Below are positions 10,086-18,889 of a DNA stretch of 64,000 bases, piece by piece. This DNA is from a virus. The stretch covers positions 1 through 64,000 of IMG/VR virus record IMGVR_UViG_3300042922_000725; one strand, given 5' to 3'. Position 1 is the stretch's first letter, and every line of letters begins with the position of its first letter. The notes beneath the pieces are model-generated. The model saw nothing but the letters and a program-made list of their open reading frames with translations. It was not told the origin of the DNA and did not search any database. The position numbers and the translations under genes are program-made.

Positions 10086-10168
10086 ATAAAAGGCTACCAC
10101 AGAAATAGTAAGTTTAGGCATAGCCAAGTGAAAACTTAAAATAAGAGCTGTTAGATGTAGCCTTTTAT
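10086..10168 (+). ncRNA. candidate structured RNA downstream of the RNAP gene
   Basis: 12-bp closing stem ATAAAAGGCTAC/GTAGCCTTTTAT enclosing ACAG/CTGT, TAAGTTT/AAACTTA and GGC/GCC stems. Confidence 0.4.
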
Positions 10169-10355
10169 AAATTAATAAAAATACAAAATAAAATCAAATT
10201 GAATTATATTTTAAAATTAAATATAAATAATCAAAAAATTAAATAATAAACAAAAATCCCTCAAATAAAAAAGGTAGGGGTCTCTGGTAGTTCCCCTACT
10301 ACCCTCTAAATAAAAGAAAGGTAGTGTGTTGGGAAATGATTAGAGTGAAAGAATC

Positions 10356-11822
10356 ATGAGTAAAAAGAAAGATAAAAATGACAAGAGTGATTTTAAGATA
10401 ACCTGTTTTCATTTAGATGATGAGGTTACTGGAAGTAGTTTTTTAGTTGAAGTTGATGGACTTCATATTTTATTAGACATGGGAGGATATCAAAATCAAA
10501 GTAGACATTTAGAAACCATATATAAAATAAACAAAGAAAAATACAGTAATTTAAAGTTTCATGAACTTGATTATGTAATATTAACTTCCAGTCATTACGA
10601 CCATTGTGGAATGTTAGGTATTTTAGGTAGATTGGATATTGACTTTAAAGGAAAAGTTATCAGTACCGAGCTTACACAAGAGATGATTGATATAGTTTTA
10701 CATGATTCAGCTCATATAATGAAAGAAGAAAGTGAAAGTTATAATAAAAAGAATAATAAGAATTTATTACCCATATATACAAAAGAAGACGTAGATGCTG
10801 TTTTAGGTTTCTTAAGAGGTTATGGTTATAATGAAAAAATCAAACTTAATGACAGGACTTATGTGGAGTTGTTACCAAATGGACACCTTAGTGGGGATAG
10901 TTCTATATTGATAACATATGAAAAAGATGATTATGTGAATAAAACTCTTCTTTATTTAGGAGATCATAATTATGGTAAGAAATACGAAAAAGCCTTCACT
11001 AAATCTTGGGTTCCTAGAAATATAAAGCCTACATGTGTGATAACAGAGTCAACTTATTCAGGGGAAAAACAAATTCAAGAAAACAATATTGATAAGTTGG
11101 AAAGATATATAATAAGTGAAGTAATTGAAAAGAAAAACACTTTAATAATTGGAGCGTTTGCGGTTCATAGAAGTTCAGAATTGGCTTATATGTTAAAAGT
11201 TATTTATGAGAGAAATGAGATTATATCAAGTTTCGACCCTCCAATATATATGTGTGGTAATATGATGGCTAAAGCACATAAGACAATAGGAGACCCTAAA
11301 TATAAAACCTTTTACGATGAAAAATGGCAAGACCAAGAAGATTTATTCAATTGGGATAAAATAAGAATGTTAGATACATTTAAAAGTGTACAAAATAAAG
11401 CAGTGAATCAAACACCAAAAATTTTGATTGCTAGCTCTGGTATGTTTCATGCAGGATTTAGTCAGTTTTTATTAAGTTGCTATATCTCACAGAAAAATTG
11501 TTCAATACTGTTTTCTGGATACCAAGCTATTGATACAACAGGTAATAAACTGGTAAAGCAAGAACATAGAACTATAAGTATAGCTGGCAAGCAATATACA
11601 ATAAGGGCTAATATATTAGATAGATTACATATGAGTGGTCATGCGGATGATTATGGTTTAAGAAATATTTTTAAAACCATAAATCAACATAATCTTAAAA
11701 AGGTATTAATAGTACATGGAGAAGATTATAAGAAAGAAATATTAAAAGAAGAGCTACAGGACGACTTAGGTGAAAGTGTGAGTGTAATTGTACCAAAAAG
11801 TAAACAAATAATAAAAGTTTAA
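10356..11822 (+). CDS. metallo-beta-lactamase / beta-CASP ribonuclease (CPSF73/Ysh1-like)
   Basis: VTGS, LLDMG, SSHYDHCG, NGHLSG, LGD, ESTY, ASSGM, SGHAD and VHGE motifs. Confidence 0.88.
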   Translation: MSKKKDKNDKSDFKITCFHLDDEVTGSSFLVEVDGLHILLDMGGYQNQSRHLETIYKINKEKYSNLKFHELDYVILTSSHYDHCGMLGILGRLDIDFKGKVISTELTQEMIDIVLHDSAHIMKEESESYNKKNNKNLLPIYTKEDVDAVLGFLRGYGYNEKIKLNDRTYVELLPNGHLSGDSSILITYEKDDYVNKTLLYLGDHNYGKKYEKAFTKSWVPRNIKPTCVITESTYSGEKQIQENNIDKLERYIISEVIEKKNTLIIGAFAVHRSSELAYMLKVIYERNEIISSFDPPIYMCGNMMAKAHKTIGDPKYKTFYDEKWQDQEDLFNWDKIRMLDTFKSVQNKAVNQTPKILIASSGMFHAGFSQFLLSCYISQKNCSILFSGYQAIDTTGNKLVKQEHRTISIAGKQYTIRANILDRLHMSGHADDYGLRNIFKTINQHNLKKVLIVHGEDYKKEILKEELQDDLGESVSVIVPKSKQIIKV

Positions 11823-11850
11823 AATAAAATATTAATAAATAGGTGATTTT

Positions 11851-12021
11851 ATGAAATTGAAGTCTATTTTAAAACCCAAAATTGCGAGAGCATTAATTAA
11901 TTCAGGATTTATAGTTAAAGACATTAAACCTTTTAAAGAAAATCATGATAAGACTATATTTTTATTTGAAGAAACAGAAGAATTGTTAAACAAGTTAACT
12001 AAATTAAATGAAATAGAATAA
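11851..12021 (+). CDS. small DUF5659-like protein (absent from ORF track)
   Basis: MKLKSILKPKIARALINSGFIVKDIKPFKENHDKTIFLFEETEEL..., AGGTG RBS; same pattern as 46769-46945. Confidence 0.7.
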   Translation: MKLKSILKPKIARALINSGFIVKDIKPFKENHDKTIFLFEETEELLNKLTKLNEIE

Positions 12022-12069
12022 TTTTATTCTATTTATATTATAAAAAGTTCAAGAGGAGAAGTGATATTT

Positions 12070-13248
12070 ATGGAAAACAAATTATTATTAACAAAAACAG
12101 CTCTTAAGTGGTCAAATGAGTATTATGAAAAAGAGGACTACATCCTATTAAAAGTGTTTAGAAAAGATTTAACAGAGTTTTATGATGTTTTAATTGACAA
12201 AGAAGATTTTAAATTAGTTTCACAAGGTCAATGGTATGGTTATATGAATAGAAAAAATACATATCTTAAAAACTTAGTAAAGATTTTATATACTATACAT
12301 GACCCAAAAAAGAAAACATATGACATACATCAATGGATACTTCAAAGTAAAGGTAAAGATTTGATAGTTGATCATAAAAATTTAAATAGACTTGACAATA
12401 GAAGGTGCAATTTAAGGTTTGTAACAGCTCAAGAAAATAGATTAAATCAAGTTTGTACAGGATGGTCATATCACAAAGAAGAAGATGTATACAAAAGTAA
12501 TATTTATTACAACAACAAATGTTTTTATCTTGGAGAATATAAAACAAAAGAAGAAGCAGAAGAAATTTATTTAAAGAGTTGTTTGATAACAGGATATAAT
12601 AAAACATCTGATTATCATAATGATGAAATAAAAAGATTACATATACAACTAAATAAGTTGGACTATGAAAATTTATATTTGAAAGAATTAATAAATTATA
12701 AAGATAATGGAATATTAGAATATATTCCTAAAATTACAATTTTAAATCAAGAAAATTCAAAAGGTGCAAATAATTTAGGACTGGGTTATAATTATGATAA
12801 AAAGACTGGGAAATACTTGGCAAGAATAAAACTAAATGATAAAGAGTTGAATATAGGAAGATATAATACAGAAGATGAAGCTAATATAATATATCTTAAA
12901 GCATGTCTTATGGCAGAAAAAGAAAAAATATCTCCACAAATTGCAGAAAGAATAAATAAATATAATATAAAACTTACAGGTGAAGATTATAAAAATAAGT
13001 ATTTGAAAAAGGTTTATAATTGTATTAATAATATAGATGAATCTATTGAAAATGGAAGATTTAATTACAAATATGATGAAAATATTGATATTATTATTAA
13101 TATGGTTAATAAAGGGTTTACATGGAATGGAGTAGCAAGATATTTAAAAGAAAATATAAAAGGACTAGAAAAGGCTAAAGGTGAAACTATTAAGAAAAAA
13201 TATATGAATTATATTAGTGCAGAAAGAAATATGACAATAGAATTATAA
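12070..13248 (+). CDS. HNH endonuclease with two AP2-like DNA-binding domains
   Basis: VDHKNLNRLDNRRCNLR HNH; repeated YLGEYKTKEEA / NIGRYNTEDEA AP2 motifs. Confidence 0.85.
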   Translation: MENKLLLTKTALKWSNEYYEKEDYILLKVFRKDLTEFYDVLIDKEDFKLVSQGQWYGYMNRKNTYLKNLVKILYTIHDPKKKTYDIHQWILQSKGKDLIVDHKNLNRLDNRRCNLRFVTAQENRLNQVCTGWSYHKEEDVYKSNIYYNNKCFYLGEYKTKEEAEEIYLKSCLITGYNKTSDYHNDEIKRLHIQLNKLDYENLYLKELINYKDNGILEYIPKITILNQENSKGANNLGLGYNYDKKTGKYLARIKLNDKELNIGRYNTEDEANIIYLKACLMAEKEKISPQIAERINKYNIKLTGEDYKNKYLKKVYNCINNIDESIENGRFNYKYDENIDIIINMVNKGFTWNGVARYLKENIKGLEKAKGETIKKKYMNYISAERNMTIEL

Positions 13249-13279
13249 ATAAAAATAAATAAAGCGAGGTAAATATAAT

Positions 13280-13477
13280 ATGGCAAAGAAATCAATGAGT
13301 ACAAAGTTTTTAGGAGCATGTATAAGTAAAGAAGGAGATAGTTACATAATTACAGAGACAAAGAAAGATACCACAACAGTTTATAATTTAACAGAAGTTT
13401 TAGATAGTTTTCTTGGAATAGAAGGAATCTCTCTTACAATAGCAACTGATAGTGAATTGAAACCCTTGGAAGATTAA
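13280..13477 (+). CDS. yonK: YonK-like protein
   Basis: MAKK...ITETKKD...YNLTEVL..F.G...ISLTI pattern and SPbeta-like position. Confidence 0.65.
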   Translation: MAKKSMSTKFLGACISKEGDSYIITETKKDTTTVYNLTEVLDSFLGIEGISLTIATDSELKPLED

Positions 13478-13587
13478 TTTTTCAATTAAATATAAATAAA
13501 AGACATATTTTAATCACAATTTTTTTGTTATAGAATCCTTATGGATTTTATATAAATTTTAAATTATTTTTTGAGGAGGAATTTTTT

Positions 13588-13986
13588 ATGAAAGAAATTT
13601 TTTTAACAAGTAGCAGCTTTGGTGATTTATTCGATGGGTTTTTAGGCTTTGGGAAACCAAAAGGATTCATTTTTAATTCACAAGTAAAAGACATGACTCC
13701 GTTTGTTTGGAGAAAACAAGATGACGATAACTATATGTGCATTGTTAAAACTTTAGGGATAGAACCAAATGACTTAAAAGTAGAAGATTATAGTGACGGT
13801 ATTAAGGTACGAGGTGAAAGTGAAGTATTCGGATATAAGTATAACACTTTAATAGACCTACCCATTGCAGAAACTATAATGAATAATATTAAAGAAATAA
13901 AAGTAAATAGTAAAAATGGATTAACTTTTATAATTCTAGTTTTGGATAAACCAGAGAAAAGAAAAATAAATATTATTAAAGAATAA
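13588..13986 (+). CDS. small heat-shock (Hsp20/alpha-crystallin-like) protein
   Basis: GIEPNDLKV...IKVRGE and KNGLTFIIL..KPE..KINI alpha-crystallin motifs. Confidence 0.7.
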   Translation: MKEIFLTSSSFGDLFDGFLGFGKPKGFIFNSQVKDMTPFVWRKQDDDNYMCIVKTLGIEPNDLKVEDYSDGIKVRGESEVFGYKYNTLIDLPIAETIMNNIKEIKVNSKNGLTFIILVLDKPEKRKINIIKE

Positions 13987-14212
13987 TTTAGTTGTGATAA
14001 GTCTGGAGACTTATTGGTTTATAAATATATATTATCCTATACGAAGGACAATTTTAATTAAGAAAGGAGTCCCCGGTAATTATGGTGATTGTCTTCTAAA
14101 ATTAAATAAGTCAATAATAATTACTTTGTTGGTGAGTGATTATTTTATTATGTTTAGGTTTGTGTATTCAGCCATTGCCAACTAGGTGTAAACCGAAATG
14201 TAAAAAATACAT

Positions 14213-14306
14213 ATTAGGATACTAAGGATAGAACAGGTAGCTATCATGCCTTTGAAAATAAGGTCTTTTAAAAGATGTGGGATTACCACCCCACTAGTAT
14301 TCTAAT
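14213..14306 (+). ncRNA. degenerate type II tRNA-like cloverleaf (Ser-like)
   Basis: 12-bp closing stem, D-like arm GATAG/CTATC, GCCTT/AAGGT arm with TGAAAAT loop, variable arm, GTGGG/CCCAC arm with non-canonical ATTACCAC loop. Confidence 0.5.
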
Positions 14307-14361
14307 TTAAAACAACGTTGTTGAGCAACAATTAAATAATTTAAAAATGATTAGGCAGTTC

Positions 14362-14429
14362 TATCATGCGGTAGTTTGGTAAAACACTCGGCATCCGAGA
14401 GTAAGACAGTTCGATTCTGTTCGTGATAG
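14362..14429 (+). ncRNA. tRNA-like element / pseudo-tRNA with a collapsed anticodon loop
   Basis: Acceptor TATCATG/CGTGATA, D-like GTTT-GGTA-AAAC, CTCGG-CAT-CCGAG, canonical T arm GACAG-TTCGATT-CTGTT; no encoded CCA. Confidence 0.55.
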
Positions 14430-14508
14430 TCTAAAATAATATATAGTAATATGTATTTGCTGCTAATAGAATAAATTTTATAAGTCCCATGTAGTTACAG
14501 TGGGTGGT

Positions 14509-14536
14509 GAGAGTAGGTATATCTTACTCTCTTTTT
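14509..14536 (+). terminator. intrinsic terminator closing the ncRNA cluster
   Basis: GAGAGTAGG-TATA-TCTTACTCTC followed by a T-run. Confidence 0.7.
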
Positions 14537-14593
14537 ATTTTAAATTGAATATTGATAAATTAAAAAAGAAATTATTAAGAAAGAGTGAATAAA

Positions 14594-14752
14594 TTGCTTA
14601 AAGAGAATGGTAAATCAAAAAGAAAAACATATTTAAAGTGTGATAACTGCAAACAAAAGTTCGAGTTATGTGAAGAAGAAATAGTTAGACTTGGAGATTT
14701 AAAGTATATTGAGTGTGTTTATTGTGGAACTCAACATATTTTAAAAAAATAG
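14594..14752 (+). CDS. small zinc-ribbon protein (absent from ORF track)
   Basis: TTG start; ...LKCDNCKQKF...IECVYCG, two CxxC motifs. Confidence 0.6.
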   Translation: MLKENGKSKRKTYLKCDNCKQKFELCEEEIVRLGDLKYIECVYCGTQHILKK

Positions 14753-14795
14753 AATAGCAAAATTTAAACTAATTTAAATTAAGGAGAAATCTTAT

Positions 14796-16010
14796 ATGGA
14801 TGATAAGGTGAAACAAAAAGAAGGTGAGAGTAGACTTGCCTATATTAAAAGAATAACTGAGAATAGGCTTGAATATGATATTGATTACAACGAATGGAGT
14901 CAATTAATTTGTGGCAAAGAATACTCTTCAGAGAATTCTAGAAAAGCTTACTATATTATAAAACCAATGTTAGAAGCTTTAGATGAAGAAATAATAAATA
15001 AAATTGAAAATGACGTTTCAACAGGAGACGATTTAATACAAGAAATAGAATTAAAGAAAATTGAATTAGAAAAAGAGCGTAAAAAAATTCAAGCAACAAA
15101 AATAGAATATAATAAAATGATAAGAGAACAGGCTCAGGAAGAATTAATAATTGAATCTTTAAGAGATATTATATCTACAATACAACCTCCAGAATTCGAA
15201 CCTTTAAAGTTGAATAAAAAAAGAAAGGAATGGGTTTTAAGTTTTGGAGATATTCATTATGATAAATTCTTTGAATCAGTTAACAATAAATATTCTGTGG
15301 AAGAATTAACAAGAAGATTTAACTTACTATTAGCAGAATTAATCGAAGAAATAGATGATAAAAATATAAATCATTTAACTATAACTAATTTAGGTGATAG
15401 TTTAGAAGGTTTATTGCGTATTTCAGCATATAAAACTATGAGAATAGGATTACTTGAATCTGTAGTTCAATTTAGTAGATTCATGGCTGAATGGTTAAAT
15501 GAATTGTCCAAATATGTTGAGATTACATATTATCATGTTAGCACGGCAAATCATTGTGAGTTGCGTATGTTTAATCAACAAAGAGGAGAAACGGACGAAA
15601 ATTTAGAAAGAGTTATTGTTAATTATATACACGACTTGTTAAAAGATAATCCAAGAATATACGTTCCTATCATAACAGATAAAAATTTTATAACTTTTAA
15701 AATTCTTGATTATAATTTTATTGCTTTACATGGTGATGGAATAAAAAATATAAAAGGAAGTTTAAAAGATTTGTCGGTATTACATAGAACTTTTTATGAC
15801 TATGTTTTAATGGGGCATTTCCACAGTGGACTAGAAACCACTGTAGCGGAAGGAAACACAAATAATATGGAAGTTTTAGTAGTTCCGAGTATAGTTGGTA
15901 GCGATAATTATAGTGATAGTTTATTTGTTGGAAGTAAATCTTCTGCTAAACTATATGGATTTACTCAAGATAAGGGGCATACAGAAACAAGAACATTTAT
16001 ATTAAACTAA
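14796..16010 (+). CDS. calcineurin-like metallophosphoesterase with N-terminal coiled coil (YonJ-like)
   Basis: GDIH, GD, NH, HGD and GHFH metal-binding motifs. Confidence 0.8.
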   Translation: MDDKVKQKEGESRLAYIKRITENRLEYDIDYNEWSQLICGKEYSSENSRKAYYIIKPMLEALDEEIINKIENDVSTGDDLIQEIELKKIELEKERKKIQATKIEYNKMIREQAQEELIIESLRDIISTIQPPEFEPLKLNKKRKEWVLSFGDIHYDKFFESVNNKYSVEELTRRFNLLLAELIEEIDDKNINHLTITNLGDSLEGLLRISAYKTMRIGLLESVVQFSRFMAEWLNELSKYVEITYYHVSTANHCELRMFNQQRGETDENLERVIVNYIHDLLKDNPRIYVPIITDKNFITFKILDYNFIALHGDGIKNIKGSLKDLSVLHRTFYDYVLMGHFHSGLETTVAEGNTNNMEVLVVPSIVGSDNYSDSLFVGSKSSAKLYGFTQDKGHTETRTFILN

Positions 16011-16095
16011 TAAAAGTTTAGTTTTATTGTCAAATAAATATTAATAAAATACATATTATATAATAAAAAATAATTGAAAGAGTAGGTAATATTCT

Positions 16096-16716
16096 ATGAG
16101 AAAATTAGATGAAATAGGAGCTTTGAGTTTAGGTGGAATAGATAAATTTTATGAAGAAATAATAAAAACCAATTTTAGTGATAGGAAAATAGTATTAAAT
16201 AATGAGGTAAGTTCATCAATTCTTGAAGATGTAGTTTTATGGATATTAAAATGGAATAAAGAAGACAAAGATTTACCGGTGGCAAAGCGAAAAAAGATTT
16301 TTATATATATAAACTCCCCGGGTGGAGATGTGCTTAGTGGACTTAACACTTGCGATGTTATGAAGTTAAGTAAAACTCCCATAGTAACAGTTTGTTTTTC
16401 TTATGGATATTCTATGGGATGTATTTTATTTTCAGTAGGACATGAGAGAATAATGTTCCCATCTTCAAGCTTACTTATTCATGATGGTTCAACTTCTTTA
16501 AGTGGAAGCAATAATAAAGTAAAAGATTTACAAAAATTTTATTCCAAATTAGATTCTACTATAAAAAATATAATTGTAAATAACTCTAAAATAACTCCTG
16601 AAGAATATGATGAAAATATTGATAGAGAATTATATTTATTAGCTGATGAATGTAAGGAAAAGGGATTATGTGACAAGATAATTGGAATTGATTGCGATTT
16701 AGAATACATATTATAA
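16096..16716 (+). CDS. clpP: ClpP-like serine protease
   Basis: IYINSPGGDV, YSMG (catalytic Ser), IHDG (His), GLCDKII. Confidence 0.85.
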   Translation: MRKLDEIGALSLGGIDKFYEEIIKTNFSDRKIVLNNEVSSSILEDVVLWILKWNKEDKDLPVAKRKKIFIYINSPGGDVLSGLNTCDVMKLSKTPIVTVCFSYGYSMGCILFSVGHERIMFPSSSLLIHDGSTSLSGSNNKVKDLQKFYSKLDSTIKNIIVNNSKITPEEYDENIDRELYLLADECKEKGLCDKIIGIDCDLEYIL

Positions 16717-16729
16717 GTGAGGTATAAAT

Positions 16730-16948
16730 ATGGCAAGCGGAAAAGTAAGTAAGAATTCAAGAACAAGCAAACCAAAAGAAATATTTAAGCCAGTAAAAGA
16801 ACGTAAGAAAAAAGAATTTATTTATATAGAATTGACGAAAATCGTATATGAAGCTTTCAAAAATGATTTAAGCGAAATATATGGGAAGCCAGTAGATTCA
16901 ATAATTGAGAGATACGGAAAAAAGTACTTAAAAGTAAAGAATACATAG
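16730..16948 (+). CDS. hypothetical protein
   Basis: GAGGT RBS, operonic spacing. Confidence 0.6.
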   Translation: MASGKVSKNSRTSKPKEIFKPVKERKKKEFIYIELTKIVYEAFKNDLSEIYGKPVDSIIERYGKKYLKVKNT

Positions 16949-16955
16949 GTGAGTT

Positions 16956-17147
16956 ATGGATAAAGAAAGATTTTTTAAGGCAATGAAAGAAGAATTTAGA
17001 ACTTGTGACGACCTGACGCATTTGGAGGAATTGTTTGAAGAATATTCATTAGTTTTGCAATTAGAACAAACCCAATTAGAAATTAAAAATACATTAGTAG
17101 ATTTCGCATTAGATGTAATAGATTTATTAAAGTATAAGGATGAATAA
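16956..17147 (+). CDS. hypothetical protein
   Basis: AGGTGA RBS, operonic spacing. Confidence 0.6.
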   Translation: MDKERFFKAMKEEFRTCDDLTHLEELFEEYSLVLQLEQTQLEIKNTLVDFALDVIDLLKYKDE

Positions 17148-17364
17148 GAGATACATTTCATGAGGTGACAGGATTTGTAAGTATTATTTGTCTTTTTACT
17201 TTTGGATTTAATAATTAAATATTAATAATGTTTAGATTGGATATATTGAAGGATTTTAACACCATGTAGGGGCTACATAAGATATTTGACTTCAATATAT
17301 CTTAGTGTGAACATTATTTGTTTACAAATTAAAAGTGTGGCGACTGAACGCTAGGAGAAACAAT

Positions 17365-18153
17365 ATGAATATAGAAAACTTAGGTTTAGATTTTACAATG
17401 GAAGAGTTTGAGAATTATTTAGAAAGTAAAAATCTTATACTTGAAGCGGCTGCTAGAAAAAATAAGAATCCCTTTACAGAAATTATTATATCTGTCAAAG
17501 AAGATAATACTACTCATATAGTACATGGATTAGACTATAATCCTAAATTAGGAGATACATTAATTGTTTTTGATGACCATTATGGGGTTAAATTAGCTCC
17601 TTTTGGAGTTAGGTTAGACAAAAGTAATTACTTTTTAAATAAGGATAATAAATCTATAGATCTAGATAGATGGTCGGTTAATAAAGGTGCTGAACTTACA
17701 TTTCACCTTCATAGAAATATAAACGTAAATGAATCAGATTTAAAGGAATACAAAGAAATAGTAAATAAATTCGAAGAAAAATTATTAAAATTAATAAGCA
17801 AAGATAAAGATTTTAATTTAAATGTAGTTGAGTTTTTAAAAGTAGAAGAGAATTTGCTAAGAGAAAAAGCTAATAAAATATTAAATAATGGCGATTTTGC
17901 AATGTATACAAAAATAATAAACGCCTATGAAACAGTTGTAGAGTTAATTAAAAAATACGATTGGAAAACTCAATACAGTGAATATACCATAACTGAAGAA
18001 GGTAAAGATATTAAGCAGGTTGCTGTTTGGGAACAGAATGGAGACGGACAAATTAGAAATCATAAAGTTTGGAATGTGGTTCAACCGAATATAAGTATTG
18101 GAATAGATAAGAATGGCATTTACGGAATGACTATTTATGGAAAATCCGAATAA
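17365..18153 (+). CDS. hypothetical protein
   Basis: AGGAG RBS before ATG 17365; ORF-track start at 17335 is probably too long. Confidence 0.65.
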   Translation: MNIENLGLDFTMEEFENYLESKNLILEAAARKNKNPFTEIIISVKEDNTTHIVHGLDYNPKLGDTLIVFDDHYGVKLAPFGVRLDKSNYFLNKDNKSIDLDRWSVNKGAELTFHLHRNINVNESDLKEYKEIVNKFEEKLLKLISKDKDFNLNVVEFLKVEENLLREKANKILNNGDFAMYTKIINAYETVVELIKKYDWKTQYSEYTITEEGKDIKQVAVWEQNGDGQIRNHKVWNVVQPNISIGIDKNGIYGMTIYGKSE

Positions 18154-18442
18154 TAAAACATATGTCTATTTCATAGGTAACAAATCTAAAACAGGAATTA
18201 AAATAGGATTTAGTAAACATCCTATGAAAAGATTAAAGCAACTTCAAACAAGTAATCCTGATGAATTAGAGATATTGTATCTACTAGAAGGCAGTAAGGA
18301 TACTGAACAATATTTTCATAGATATTTTTCTGATGTATATAATATTAAAAATGAATGGTTTGATTATGATTTTGTATATAAATGGATTCAGAGAGATAGA
18401 AAAGAAAAAGAAGTGTTAAGAGAATTAGGATATATTGAATAG
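18137..18442 (+). CDS. GIY-YIG superfamily (T5orf172/MUG113-like) protein
   Basis: YVYFI...IKIGFS..P.KRLKQLQT.NP...E..FH......EWF. Confidence 0.85.
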   Translation: MENPNNKTYVYFIGNKSKTGIKIGFSKHPMKRLKQLQTSNPDELEILYLLEGSKDTEQYFHRYFSDVYNIKNEWFDYDFVYKWIQRDRKEKEVLRELGYIE

Positions 18443-18531
18443 TGATTTTTATAATTAAATATTAATAAATTTAGATAAAAGAAATAGATTGAAATATATC
18501 TGTTTCTTTGTATGTGAATTTATTAATTTGC

Positions 18532-18649
18532 AATACAACTGAATATAGATAAACTACATTAACGAAGAACCGATTAATGTACTAAGCTAAAAGTTAAGCT
18601 TATAAATCTGTGATGATGCAGATATGTTTAAGTGGACGGAAATTGTATT
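18532..18649 (+). ncRNA. candidate multi-stem ncRNA
   Basis: AATACAA/TTGTATT and TAAAC/GTTTA close three hairpins (TACATTAA/TTAATGTA, TAAGCT/AGCTTA, ATCTG/CAGAT). Confidence 0.45.
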
Positions 18650-18889
18650 TAAAATTGAATATTGAATTAACTTTCATAAGTTACTGAGTAAAAGGTCTCA
18701 GATATCAAAACTTTATTATATAAATATAAATAAAATTTAATATTTTCTGAACTGCAACAGGGTTATCAAATGCAGAATCCTTTATAAATTTAATATAGAA
18801 TTAATTTCATACTTGAAATTACCAAGTTAATAGATTCTAGGATATCAAAAATTTAATAAATATTAAATTTAAAGGATGTGTTTTACGTT

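Noticed and set aside
13994-14185. 63-aa ORF in the ncRNA region
   Set aside because: No RBS before the GTG, and it lies over a run of hairpins better explained as structured RNA.
14362-14429. Functional tRNA-Met(CAT)
   Set aside because: The anticodon loop is only 3 nt (or lacks U33 if opened), the D-arm is irregular and there is no CCA; kept only as tRNA-like.
18532-18649. Hammerhead ribozyme (CTGA...GAAA)
   Set aside because: The core reads CTGAATA rather than CUGANGA, and there is no stem III or NUH site after GAAA.
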